Source: an uncultured Methylobacter sp. (lineage in GTDB: Bacteria; Pseudomonadota; Gammaproteobacteria; Methylococcales; Methylomonadaceae). From it: 64,000 bases of DNA. The position numbers and the translations under genes were made by a program. Below are positions 54,178-63,470 of this stretch, piece after piece. The stretch covers positions 41,937 to 105,936 of the forward strand of contig CAILCX010000100.1 of assembly GCA_903832775.1 (NCBI GenBank), written 5' to 3'. Numbering within the stretch: the stretch's first letter is position 1; each line of letters opens with the position of its first letter. A model generated the notes under the pieces. That model saw only the letters and a program-made list of their open reading frames with translations, had not been told where the DNA came from and did no database searches.

Positions 54178-54406
54178 AGACTATTTTCTGAGTTCATGAC
54201 ATCTTCTATATTATTCGAATAAAATCAAACTTGAATTTCAGGTGTTGAATAATTTGTAACATGATTTCTTTTATGTTTATGTCTGTTAAAACTTATAGAA
54301 CGTAAAGTAAGGTTATTCTTTCTTATACCCGGCTATTATTTTGACTGTACTATTCATTACCATCGCTGAATCCCAAATTCAATAAATCTGACCAGAGAAA
54401 GAATCG

Positions 54407-55468
54407 ATGAAGTTAATAAACAATTTCCAACAGATTGGAGTTCCGTCTGCCTTGGGCGCAGCGATTCTGTTCGGGGTTGGTACGCCGCTGGCAAAAGTGT
54501 TATTAATGACGGTTAACCCCTGGATGATGGCAGGCCTGCTTTATTTAGGTTCCGGTATTGGACTTGGTTTATACCGGTTTTATAGCAAGGCGACAGTTGT
54601 CAAAATGTGTCGTAATGAGGTGCTTTGGTTTGCAGGTGCAATTGTTACAGGTGGCATTATCGGTCCGGTATTGCTGATGCTGGGTCTGGTCGGAATGCCT
54701 GCCTCAGGAGTCTCTTTATTGCTTAATGCGGAAGGCGTGTTGACGGCACTTTTAGCCTGGTTAGCCTTTAAGGAAAACTTTGATTTACGGATATTAATCG
54801 GTATGGCCCTAATTGTTACGGGGGTCGTAGTTTTAAGTTGGCCAGACGAAATTGGCTTTACTGAAATTTGGCCGACTTTGGCCGTTCTGGGCGCATGTTT
54901 AATGTGGGCGATCGACAATAACTTGACCCGAAAGGTATCGCTTTATGATGCGACCTGGATTGCGTCGAGAAAAGGACTTGTTTCCGGTTCGGTCAATCTG
55001 GCTTTAGCTTTTGTTTTGGGTGCTGCTGTTCCGCCACTGCCCAACCTTGCCGGAGCGGTGATTATCGGTTTTTTTTCTTATGGCTTGAGTTATATGCTAT
55101 TCGTTATTGGCTTGCGTCATCTTGGTACAGCAAGAACCGGGGCCTATTTTTCTATCGCTCCCTTTTTAGGCGCTTTAACGGCTCTGGCAATGGGAGAGCC
55201 GGTGACACAAAAATTAATTATCGCCGGAGTATTAATGGGGTTGGGAATCTGGCTGCATTTAACTGAGCGGCACAAACATCGGCATTTGCATAAAATAACG
55301 ATACACAGTCATGCCCATATTCATGATGAGCATCATCAGCATGACCATGAAAATCCGGTTGAGCCGGGTGAAAGTCACTGTCATCAGCATCTGCATAAGG
55401 CGATGGAACACTCGCACACTCATTTTCCCGATATTCATCATCAGCATAAACATAAGCTTTCTAAATGA
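54407..55468 (+). CDS. DMT/EamA-family transporter with His-rich C-terminal tail
   Basis: About 10 TMs in two EamA-like halves; 23 His counted in the last ~67 aa. Confidence 0.9.
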   Translation: MKLINNFQQIGVPSALGAAILFGVGTPLAKVLLMTVNPWMMAGLLYLGSGIGLGLYRFYSKATVVKMCRNEVLWFAGAIVTGGIIGPVLLMLGLVGMPASGVSLLLNAEGVLTALLAWLAFKENFDLRILIGMALIVTGVVVLSWPDEIGFTEIWPTLAVLGACLMWAIDNNLTRKVSLYDATWIASRKGLVSGSVNLALAFVLGAAVPPLPNLAGAVIIGFFSYGLSYMLFVIGLRHLGTARTGAYFSIAPFLGALTALAMGEPVTQKLIIAGVLMGLGIWLHLTERHKHRHLHKITIHSHAHIHDEHHQHDHENPVEPGESHCHQHLHKAMEHSHTHFPDIHHQHKHKLSK

Positions 55469-55608
55469 TCAATAAATTTAAAAGCACATTTATCTGTAAA
55501 TAAACACAAATATATAAACTGAACTATTTTTCGTCAAAATAAATTCATTAGCAATGTAATAAATATGTAGAACAAGTATTGAGCTGTGTCTTGATAATTC
55601 CATTATAA

Positions 55609-56073
55609 TTAAATTTTATCGCCCCATTTGTTTTGTAAATAGTCACCACGTGTATCAAATATTTCTTCAAGTTTATTCGCTATCAAAACCCTGTTTATCA
55701 ACTGTCCCAGCCAACCTAATGGCATAGCGTAAAACATGATATCTTCAACAACCAAACCATTTTGAGTTTCACTCAGGCAAACTTCATGACTCCAGAACTT
55801 GAAAGGGCCAATGCGTTGTTCATAAATAAAGCGTTTAGGTTCGTCACAATGACTGACTTCGGATAACCAGGCCATGGGGATTCCCGAAACTGCTTTCATC
55901 TGATAGCTAATCATTAGGCCTGCATATATTTTTTCCGGGACTTTAGAAATAATGGTCACATGAAAAAATGAGGGTGTAATATCGTTTAGATTGTAGGGTG
56001 ACGAAAAAAACTCCCATGCTTCCTCGCTGGTTACATTCAGATGTTGTTTTCGATAAAGTTGATAAATCTTCAT
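55609..56073 (-). CDS. SRPBCC-family protein
   Basis: EAWEFFSSPYNLNDITP, QRIGPFKFWSHE, YAMPLGWLG. Confidence 0.88.
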   Translation of the reverse strand: MKIYQLYRKQHLNVTSEEAWEFFSSPYNLNDITPSFFHVTIISKVPEKIYAGLMISYQMKAVSGIPMAWLSEVSHCDEPKRFIYEQRIGPFKFWSHEVCLSETQNGLVVEDIMFYAMPLGWLGQLINRVLIANKLEEIFDTRGDYLQNKWGDKI

Positions 56074-56081
56074 ATCATTAT

Positions 56082-56285
56082 TTATGTTTTTTTGAGTATG
56101 TTGACTATATGGATTTTCTTCCTGGCTATAGTATTGGTAAGTATAAAATTTCGGGTATTATCATTTGCTTGCGACCATGTAGTAATCTCTTTGAGGTCAC
56201 GAAAACATCCCAAACAAATATCAAGGTCATTTAATTGGCAATAGCCTGTGCAAGGTGACTGTACAGTATTTATTTCAGAACTCAT
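56082..56285 (-). CDS. DUF1289 small Cys-rich protein
   Basis: SPCTGYCQL..DICLGCFRDLKEITTW. Confidence 0.85.
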   Translation of the reverse strand: MSSEINTVQSPCTGYCQLNDLDICLGCFRDLKEITTWSQANDNTRNFILTNTIARKKIHIVNILKKT

Positions 56286-56429
56286 TAGTCTGCATTATCT
56301 TTGATGGCGGATGTTTGCTTGCTGGATTTAAAGTCAAATTGATGATTTACATTCAATTCTCATCCAACTATTAATTCCATAAAAGATCCATCTTACAAGC
56401 AATAGTGTTAATCCTGGTTATTTATTCCG

Positions 56430-58679
56430 CTAAAGAAAAATCGGTGCCATCACCAAGGTGACGGTTGCCAGCAGTTTGATCAGTACATGTAAACTCGGAC
56501 CTGCGGTATCTTTAAAGGGATCACCCACGGTGTCACCTACTACGGTAGCACCATAAATAGGGTTCATGACCTTGTTTCCATATTGATCGATAATATGTTT
56601 TCCGCCATAGGCTCCACTTTCCACATATTTCTTTGCGTTATCCCAGGCACCGCCGGCATTGTTCAAATAAAGTGCCATTAAAATACCGGTGATGGTGGCG
56701 ACCATCAACATGGCGGCAACACTTTGTGCGGCGATTAGCGGTCCTTCCATGCCAATGAATAACTTAAACGATAGTCCCACTGCAATGGGAGCCAGCACCA
56801 CCAGCAAACCCGGAGCCACCATATTACGTAAAGCGGCACGGGTCACAATATCAACACACGCACCATAATCCGGCTTAAAACCCTCGGGAAACTGAATTAT
56901 GTCGTTGACACGGGGTAGTTTGGCATATTGCCGACGGACTTCTTCAATAATGCTTTTGGCAGCGGTTCCTACTGCTCGAATAGTCATGGAGCAGAACAAA
57001 AATACCAGCATCGCTCCTAATAATGCGCCTACAAAAATCACGGGGTTACCCATATTAACGCCGAACGGAACCGTTTCATCGAGGCCGGCATAGTTTTTAA
57101 CTTCATCGATATAAGCCTGAAACAATAGAAAAGCAGCAAGTCCTGCACTTCCTATGGCATAACTTTTGGTTAGTGCTTTGGTGGTGTTGCCTACCGCATC
57201 CAAGGTGTCGGTGCGCTGACGAATATCGTCGGGCTGTTCGCTCATTTCGATAATGCCACCGGCATTATCAGTAATAGGGCCAAAAGCATCCATAGCGAGT
57301 ATGTAGGCGGCAGTAGCCAGCATGCCAACCGTTGCAACTGCCGTTCCAAAAAGACCGGCGTGAGGCAAGCCGCTGCTGGCACCCAAAAAATAAGATCCCA
57401 GTAAGGCGGCAGCAATAACCAGGGTTGGCATCCATGTGCATTCAAAACCAACGGAGGTGCCTTCAATAATATTGGTAGCCGGGCCGGTAATACTGGCTTC
57501 TGCGATGGCTTGAACCGGGCGATATTTATGTTGGGTGTAATATTGGGTGATAAAACTAAAGGCTACGGAGCTTATTAATCCAATAACTCCGCAAAGAAAA
57601 AAATGCCACCAGGCATCGGTTGCGGATGGACTTTTAAGCAGCCAATGGGTTGCCAGACCAAACAGCGGTAGCACTAAAATTGAACTGATGAAATAGCCAC
57701 GATTCAGGGCCTGCATCGGATCTTGCGATTCTCTGCTAAGACGAACAGCAAGAATGCCGGCCATACTGGCAATAATGCCAAAGGCTCGCGCAACCAGCGG
57801 AAACATCATTACGCCGATTATACCAGCACTAAATTCCATGTTGGCCTTTTGAGCTGCGATAGCGAGGCTGCTACCGAGAATCATGGCACCAATGTTTTCC
57901 GCAGCGGTCGATTCGAACAAATCAGCGCCACGACCGGCGCAATCGCCGACATTATCACCGACAAGATCCGCAATAACCGCTGGGTTGCGAGGGTCATCTT
58001 CGGGAATGCCGGCTTCAACCTTGCCCACCAGGTCTGCCCCGACATCGGCGGCTTTGGTGTAGATGCCGCCGCCGACTTGAGCGAACAACGCGACGAAAGA
58101 AGCGCCAAAGCCATAGCCGACGATCAGTAGCGGAATCTTGGCGACATTGATGTCTGGTGTTAGCAGCTTAACCAGAGTAAACAGGCCGGTCACACCTAAA
58201 AGGCTCATAGATACCACTACCAGTCCCGAAACCGCACCGGCTCGCAGCGCAATTTGAAGTGCATCATTAACGTTTGAACGCACTGCAGCGGCGGTGCGAA
58301 TGTTGGCGCGGATACTCATCCACATGCCGATATAACCGGCAAACACCGAGCAGAGTGCTCCAAAGATAAAAGAAAGGCTAATCCAGCTGGCTAATTGCAG
58401 TGAAGTAGATACTGGATCAAATTCTCGATGGTCACGAAACCAGCCATAGCTGATAAAAAGTGCAAAAGCAAATAGGGCGCTGAGTAGTAAAATCGTGCGA
58501 TTTTGCCTTCGCAGAAACGCTTCCGCGCCTTCTTTAATGGCATCAGAAATACTGCGCATTTTAGTATCGCCTGTGTCTTTTGCAAGCACCCATTTAATTA
58601 GCCAGCCTGCAAAAGCCAGTCCAAATAAGGTAATGCCAAATACAAGGCTTACCAGTGTCGTAAAATTTGTGGCTGGCAT
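56430..58679 (-). CDS. hppA: Membrane-bound proton-translocating pyrophosphatase, K+-independent signature
   Basis: [62 protein letters not shown]. Confidence 0.97.
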   Translation of the reverse strand: MPATNFTTLVSLVFGITLFGLAFAGWLIKWVLAKDTGDTKMRSISDAIKEGAEAFLRRQNRTILLLSALFAFALFISYGWFRDHREFDPVSTSLQLASWISLSFIFGALCSVFAGYIGMWMSIRANIRTAAAVRSNVNDALQIALRAGAVSGLVVVSMSLLGVTGLFTLVKLLTPDINVAKIPLLIVGYGFGASFVALFAQVGGGIYTKAADVGADLVGKVEAGIPEDDPRNPAVIADLVGDNVGDCAGRGADLFESTAAENIGAMILGSSLAIAAQKANMEFSAGIIGVMMFPLVARAFGIIASMAGILAVRLSRESQDPMQALNRGYFISSILVLPLFGLATHWLLKSPSATDAWWHFFLCGVIGLISSVAFSFITQYYTQHKYRPVQAIAEASITGPATNIIEGTSVGFECTWMPTLVIAAALLGSYFLGASSGLPHAGLFGTAVATVGMLATAAYILAMDAFGPITDNAGGIIEMSEQPDDIRQRTDTLDAVGNTTKALTKSYAIGSAGLAAFLLFQAYIDEVKNYAGLDETVPFGVNMGNPVIFVGALLGAMLVFLFCSMTIRAVGTAAKSIIEEVRRQYAKLPRVNDIIQFPEGFKPDYGACVDIVTRAALRNMVAPGLLVVLAPIAVGLSFKLFIGMEGPLIAAQSVAAMLMVATITGILMALYLNNAGGAWDNAKKYVESGAYGGKHIIDQYGNKVMNPIYGATVVGDTVGDPFKDTAGPSLHVLIKLLATVTLVMAPIFL

Positions 58680-59006
58680 TTATTAGCTCCGTTTAGCCCG
58701 AAAAGGGGGTATTTTAAAGAAAGACTTTAATAATGGATTACAGCTCTGGCTTTGTGATCAGGGCACTATTTAATAATTAGCCACTTTAAACGTGGATCAT
58801 GTCGGAGGTTTTATGATAGGAACGGCACAAACCGTTTTGCAAGAATAAACTTAATTTATTTCACAAATTCACCCTCCTGAAAAGTAGACAATAAACTAAA
58901 AATATCATTTTCGGTATATCGTAGAATACTTAGAAGGCCGTTTGAAAATGAGTTTTTAAACGCTTAAGTGATATTTTGAGCTGTTACACATGCGGAAAAT
59001 TAAAGT

Positions 59007-59070
59007 CGGGTTACTGCAACGTAACCCGGCAGCTGTTTGGAAGTGCTGGGTTACGCTATCACCACCCAGC
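59007..59070. repeat. REP-like doublet (second copy of the GGGTTA family)
   Basis: CGGGTTAC-N6-GTAACCCG (59007-59028) and GCTGGGT-N12-ACCCAGC (59045-59070). Confidence 0.7.
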
Positions 59071-59112
59071 GTTGGTATTTTTGTAATTTATTCAAACAGA
59101 AATCTTGAAAAT

Positions 59113-59796
59113 TTAATCACCAAAAGAGCGTATGGGTAGGATTTCTAGGATGTCGGTTTTGAGGACAGGACTAGTGCTTCCATCGAGGCTATTCATGGCC
59201 CATGCCGTCGGGGCTAGGCTTGGGTCTGCCAGTGTAGGCGCAACTTCAGTAGAGCTCCAGTATATGGGAGCCGCGCTTTTTTTCCATCCTACTTGGACAG
59301 CAGCATTAATTTTAATGAGTTGCAACTCACTGATGGACGGTAAGTACCAGGTTGCGCTGCTGTTTGGCGCTGATGCTAATTGTGCTGCTGTGAAAGGTAT
59401 AGTCGCTAAGCTGGTTGCACTAGACACATCGGACAAACAACCTTGTAAAACTAGGGCGGAATCTACTTTTCCAGTGTTTAGCACGCCAGATGTTGTGCCA
59501 ATTAAATTAGAAAACTTGCACCAATTTGATGCTAATGGGCGTAGGTTGCTTGGCGCGGCTTCGAGGTAGCCAAAGGGATATTGGCTTTGATTGTCAACAT
59601 AAAAAATAATACCGCCACCGGGGCCTATTTCGCCGACTTTGCAGGGCAAATTTTTTGCTGTTCCACAGATGTTTAATAATTTGAAAGCGCTAGGTCTAGA
59701 ATTGACCTTGGATACTGCATAAGCACTGGAAATTGTTAATGGCACTACAGCCAACAATGAAGCAATAGCCAATGGCTTTAAAATTTTATTTCTCAT
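59113..59796 (-). CDS. Secreted DUF1566/Lcl-C-like domain protein
   Basis: Signal peptide; GPGGGIIFYV..YLEAAP, WYLPSISEL, YWSSTE, LPIRSF. Confidence 0.72.
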   Translation of the reverse strand: MRNKILKPLAIASLLAVVPLTISSAYAVSKVNSRPSAFKLLNICGTAKNLPCKVGEIGPGGGIIFYVDNQSQYPFGYLEAAPSNLRPLASNWCKFSNLIGTTSGVLNTGKVDSALVLQGCLSDVSSATSLATIPFTAAQLASAPNSSATWYLPSISELQLIKINAAVQVGWKKSAAPIYWSSTEVAPTLADPSLAPTAWAMNSLDGSTSPVLKTDILEILPIRSFGD

Positions 59797-59929
59797 GATC
59801 TTGTTCCCTAATTTTAGTTAAATTTACAAAAGTTAAATAGCCCGACCACATGCGCACTTTCTGTTAAGAGTCACTTTACAGTGCTGCATATCCAAATATT
59901 TAATATTTTGAGGTAGCTGAAATAGTTTA

Positions 59930-59946
59930 AGCAAATATGATGCCAA
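59930..59946 (-). promoter_or_regulatory. Sigma54 (-24/-12) promoter for the DUF1566-like gene
   Basis: Minus strand TTGGCATCATATTTGCT: GG-N10-GC with TGGCA and TTGC. Confidence 0.7.
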
Positions 59947-60020
59947 AATTAATATACTGTTGATTTGTGTTGGTTTTAGTGGATTTTGGCCCGGGAGTCT
60001 GATGTCGTAACAACAGCGAC

Positions 60021-60093
60021 TGTATCAATTGCGATACACAATTAAATTAGAATGCTGATTTTGTAACGATGTGGCTGTAACCCTGGTGATACA
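60021..60093. promoter_or_regulatory. Pair of TGTAWC-N6-GATACA enhancer-like palindromes
   Basis: TGTATC-AATTGC-GATACA (60021-60038) and TGTAAC-CCTGGT-GATACA (60076-60093), upstream of the sigma54 site. Confidence 0.6.
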
Positions 60094-60253
60094 CAAATAA
60101 AGCAAAGCATTGATAGCGCTGGATTGTGAGTGTAATATTTTTGATAAAACAGAAAAAACTAAACTAAATATTACTAGCAGGGCTAGCGAATCTCATACGA
60201 TCTTTTGTGACAGGTATAATGAGCTTTTACATTTTTCAACTTCATCAGTAACC

Positions 60254-61189
60254 ATGACCGTAAATATAGATGTGCTTTGTGTAGGGCAGGCTTCATATGA
60301 TTTAATCTTTTCGGTAAACCATCATCCTGGCGCAGACGAAAAAATAGTTGCTGATAGTTTGCAGGGTTGCGGCGGAGGTCCGGGAGCTAATGCGGCTGTT
60401 TGTATTGCCAGGCTAGGTTTATCGTCAGCATTTGCCGGATATTTGGGGTGCGATTTATACGGCGACAAACATGTTCAGGAACTGATTGATTATGGCGTAA
60501 ACACTCAATTTATTGTTCGGGGAGCCTCTCCAGCACCATTGTCGACTGTCTTGGTTAAATCCGATGGCAAGCGCTGTTTAATCAATTACAAAGGTGACAC
60601 TCAGGCGTTATCTGTCGATGCCCTCGATTTTAGGGCAGTTTCGGCGAAGGTTATACTATTCGATGGTCATGAGCAGCATCTTTCATTGCCCCTGACTGAA
60701 AAAGCCCGGCAAGACAGTATTCCGACAGTTTTGGATGCAGGTTCTGTGCATGAAGGAACACTGGCTTTGATGGATCGTGTCGATTACCTGGTTTGCTCAG
60801 AAAAATTTGCCCTTCAATTTGCAGGAAACGAACATATAGCCTTAAGCCAACTCGCTGAACTTGCTCCCACCGTGGTAATCACGCTCGGTGAACGAGGGTT
60901 GATTTGGCGACGCGGCAATGAGCAGGGCAGGCTATCGGCTTACCCTGTTTCAGCTATAGATACAACCGGTGCCGGGGATGCGTTTCATGGTGCTTTTGCG
61001 GCGGCATTAGCTCTCAACATGGATTGGCAGTCGCTACTTCGCTATGCTAGTGCGGCGGGCGCTTTATGTTGTATGCGAATGGGAGCACGCCTGGGATTAC
61101 CAAGTCAACAAGAACATGCAGAGCTATTTAGCAGAGCGGTCCTGGAAATCGAAGATGGTTATGATGCATCTGAAATTCAAAATCTTTAG
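60254..61189 (+). CDS. PfkB/ribokinase-family carbohydrate kinase
   Basis: GGGPGANAAVCIARLG and DTTGAGDAFHGAF signatures; ATG at 60254 preferred. Confidence 0.92.
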   Translation: MTVNIDVLCVGQASYDLIFSVNHHPGADEKIVADSLQGCGGGPGANAAVCIARLGLSSAFAGYLGCDLYGDKHVQELIDYGVNTQFIVRGASPAPLSTVLVKSDGKRCLINYKGDTQALSVDALDFRAVSAKVILFDGHEQHLSLPLTEKARQDSIPTVLDAGSVHEGTLALMDRVDYLVCSEKFALQFAGNEHIALSQLAELAPTVVITLGERGLIWRRGNEQGRLSAYPVSAIDTTGAGDAFHGAFAAALALNMDWQSLLRYASAAGALCCMRMGARLGLPSQQEHAELFSRAVLEIEDGYDASEIQNL

Positions 61190-61360
61190 GCTTTCCATAA
61201 CTTATATTCCAATTGTCCTATTGGCTATATAAATTGAAATGCTTAATATAATGTGAAACAATCCAAGTCAAATATCAACTTATCTGGATTAATACCATTA
61301 AAGGTTTGTCCTGATTTTTCTTTAATGATTAACTAACTATAGTGGTGTGAGAATTTAATT

Positions 61361-61936
61361 ATGAATAAGTTACTAATAACTTTATTAAACATTTTTTTAA
61401 TATCGGGTTGTGCCACTTATGGTGGTTATACTCCCACAGTAGACGATAGTATCTATAACCAAAATCAACAAGCTTACCAACCACCGCCACCACCACAACA
61501 ACTTTTCCAGTCTCAGCAGGTTTTTAATAAACGTGGTAAACCGGAAGTCGATAAGCAAGGCAACCCGGTTTATAAACAAGTTCCTGTCGTGGATCAAAAT
61601 GGACAGCCAGTTTATCAACAGGCTCCACAAGCGGCTCAACCTCAGGGGCCTCGTAATTCGGCCAATCAAGATGCAGCAGAATGTCAGCAAATGGCAAAAA
61701 ATGCTTCCAACACGGCTATGGAAACCTTACAAGGCGGGGCTGTTGGTGGTCTTGTTGGAGCGGCCGGCGGCGCGGCGCTCGGAGCTATTATGGGGAGTCC
61801 TGGGCAAGGTGCAGCAATTGGTGCGGCGGCTGGTGGTATTGGTGCGGGTGCCTATCAAGGCTTATCTGCCGATCAAAAGTATAAGCAAATCTACAATAAC
61901 TGCATGAGAAATCGCGGTCACAATGTAATAAATTGA
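61361..61936 (+). CDS. Glycine-zipper lipoprotein with Gln/Pro-rich linker
   Basis: Lipobox ISGC, GAVGGLVGAAGGAALGA glycine zipper, CQQMA...YNNCMRNRGH. Confidence 0.85.
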   Translation: MNKLLITLLNIFLISGCATYGGYTPTVDDSIYNQNQQAYQPPPPPQQLFQSQQVFNKRGKPEVDKQGNPVYKQVPVVDQNGQPVYQQAPQAAQPQGPRNSANQDAAECQQMAKNASNTAMETLQGGAVGGLVGAAGGAALGAIMGSPGQGAAIGAAAGGIGAGAYQGLSADQKYKQIYNNCMRNRGHNVIN

Positions 61937-61957
61937 TTACGGATTAAATGGGAGTTT

Positions 61958-61995
61958 CTTTATGTTGGGTGGAATGCATGAAACCCAGCATAAAG
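61958..61995. repeat. Long hairpin (REP-like or bidirectional terminator) between convergent genes
   Basis: CTTTATGTTGGGT-N12-ACCCAGCATAAAG; the left arm CTTTATGTTGGGTG recurs at 31278-31291. Confidence 0.6.
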
Positions 61996-62050
61996 TATCA
62001 AATTGTCATCATGTAAAGTTAATGATGGTAAATCGTTAAAGCTATTAAGA

Positions 62051-63205
62051 TCAAACAACCCCGCCATTTTCTACGCGATTTCGGCCATTATGTTTGGCTT
62101 TATAAAGAGCAGAATCGGCAGACTTAATAAGACGAGTGGCAATTTTATCGATATTGACGATTGATTTTGCGATCGGGACATGGGTTGACACGCCGATAGA
62201 AATAGTTACCGGAATTGAAACGCCGTTGAAGGTGATCGGCAAAATCTGAATAGCTTTACGTATCCGTTCTGCAATTTCCAGCGCTCTGACTTCATTGGTA
62301 TTGGACAGTAAACCGACAAACTCTTCACCACCATATCTGACAAAAACATCATTGTCTCGTAACTGGTTTTTTATGGTAGCCGCAACCAGCGACAAAACTT
62401 GATCCCCACCTTGATGACCATGTTTGTCATTAACAGACTTAAAAAAATCTATATCAAAGAATTGGCAGGACACCGGCTCTGCAGTGCGTTGGCACGCGTT
62501 TAATTCTTCACCGATGCGCTGATCCAAAAAACGTCTGTTATTAATGCCGGTCAAGGTGTCTATATAGCTGACACGTCTGATTTCTTCAACGTTAAGATTA
62601 TTTTCCAGACAAACACTGACCACTGAGCTGAGGTGTTCAATAAAATCGGTAGCCATGTTATTGGCGAAGCGATCGGCTTGGTAACTACCTAGATTTAAGC
62701 TTCCGAGATTCCTACCGCGTCGGCTTAAAGGCGTAATCGCAATGCTGGCAGGCAGTCTATCAAAATGAGGAAAAAAATTTGTGTATTGATTATGTTGATA
62801 GATGCCAATATAGGGTACGTTGTTGGAGATTAAGGTTTTCTCATCATTAAGAAGAATTAAACCGGTTTTTGAACTGAAGGGGTAACCTTTATCACTAAGC
62901 GTTTTTGATATTTCTCCCGTTTCATCGATCAGGCATAAGCTGATCACATCAAGATCAAAATAGTTTTTAGCCTCATCCAGTAAATGATCAATAGTGTCCG
63001 ATAAGTTGTTTAATTTAAGCAACCGCATTTCAAAAGCCTGGAATTTTTGCAAAGTGGCGCTGTTTTTCTGGACGCGATCGAGCATGGACTCTAATTGGTT
63101 CTGTAACAAGATCAAGTCGGCTGTTAAATCTTCTTCCAAGTTATTCTCTGAATAATTTAAATAATCGCGTAAGACTAGCAGTTTCTGCGAAAAATACTTA
63201 ATCAA
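62051..63205 (-). CDS. Diguanylate cyclase with DUF484/GAF-like N-terminal domain
   Basis: DTLTGINNRR, DIDFFKSVND..GH, RYGGEEF with RDND I-site, KHNGRNR. Confidence 0.92.
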   Translation of the reverse strand: MIKYFSQKLLVLRDYLNYSENNLEEDLTADLILLQNQLESMLDRVQKNSATLQKFQAFEMRLLKLNNLSDTIDHLLDEAKNYFDLDVISLCLIDETGEISKTLSDKGYPFSSKTGLILLNDEKTLISNNVPYIGIYQHNQYTNFFPHFDRLPASIAITPLSRRGRNLGSLNLGSYQADRFANNMATDFIEHLSSVVSVCLENNLNVEEIRRVSYIDTLTGINNRRFLDQRIGEELNACQRTAEPVSCQFFDIDFFKSVNDKHGHQGGDQVLSLVAATIKNQLRDNDVFVRYGGEEFVGLLSNTNEVRALEIAERIRKAIQILPITFNGVSIPVTISIGVSTHVPIAKSIVNIDKIATRLIKSADSALYKAKHNGRNRVENGGVV

Positions 63206-63413
63206 TATTGTCTCTATTTCACCTATTCAAGATATTTTTGCGAAAAAAAGGGGTAAGTGCTGTTGTATAATTAAAATCAGTCGGTATATGAGCTTGTTCT
63301 AAATCGGTGCAAATAAACAGTTAAATGGTTGTTTTGCACGTACAGGCGATGATTTGAATATAAAGCTTGTTAAATATCTAATTAAAATCAGTTTCTTATG
63401 TTTTTTTAGGCGG

Positions 63414-63430
63414 TTGGCATATAAATCGCA
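63414..63430 (+). promoter_or_regulatory. Sigma54-type promoter upstream of the SulP gene
   Basis: TTGGCATATAAATCGCA (GG-N10-GC), 40 nt before an ATG with an AGGAG RBS. Confidence 0.6.
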
Positions 63431-63470
63431 TATCTCTTGGTTAAATATTTTTTATATACGAGGAGCTGAT

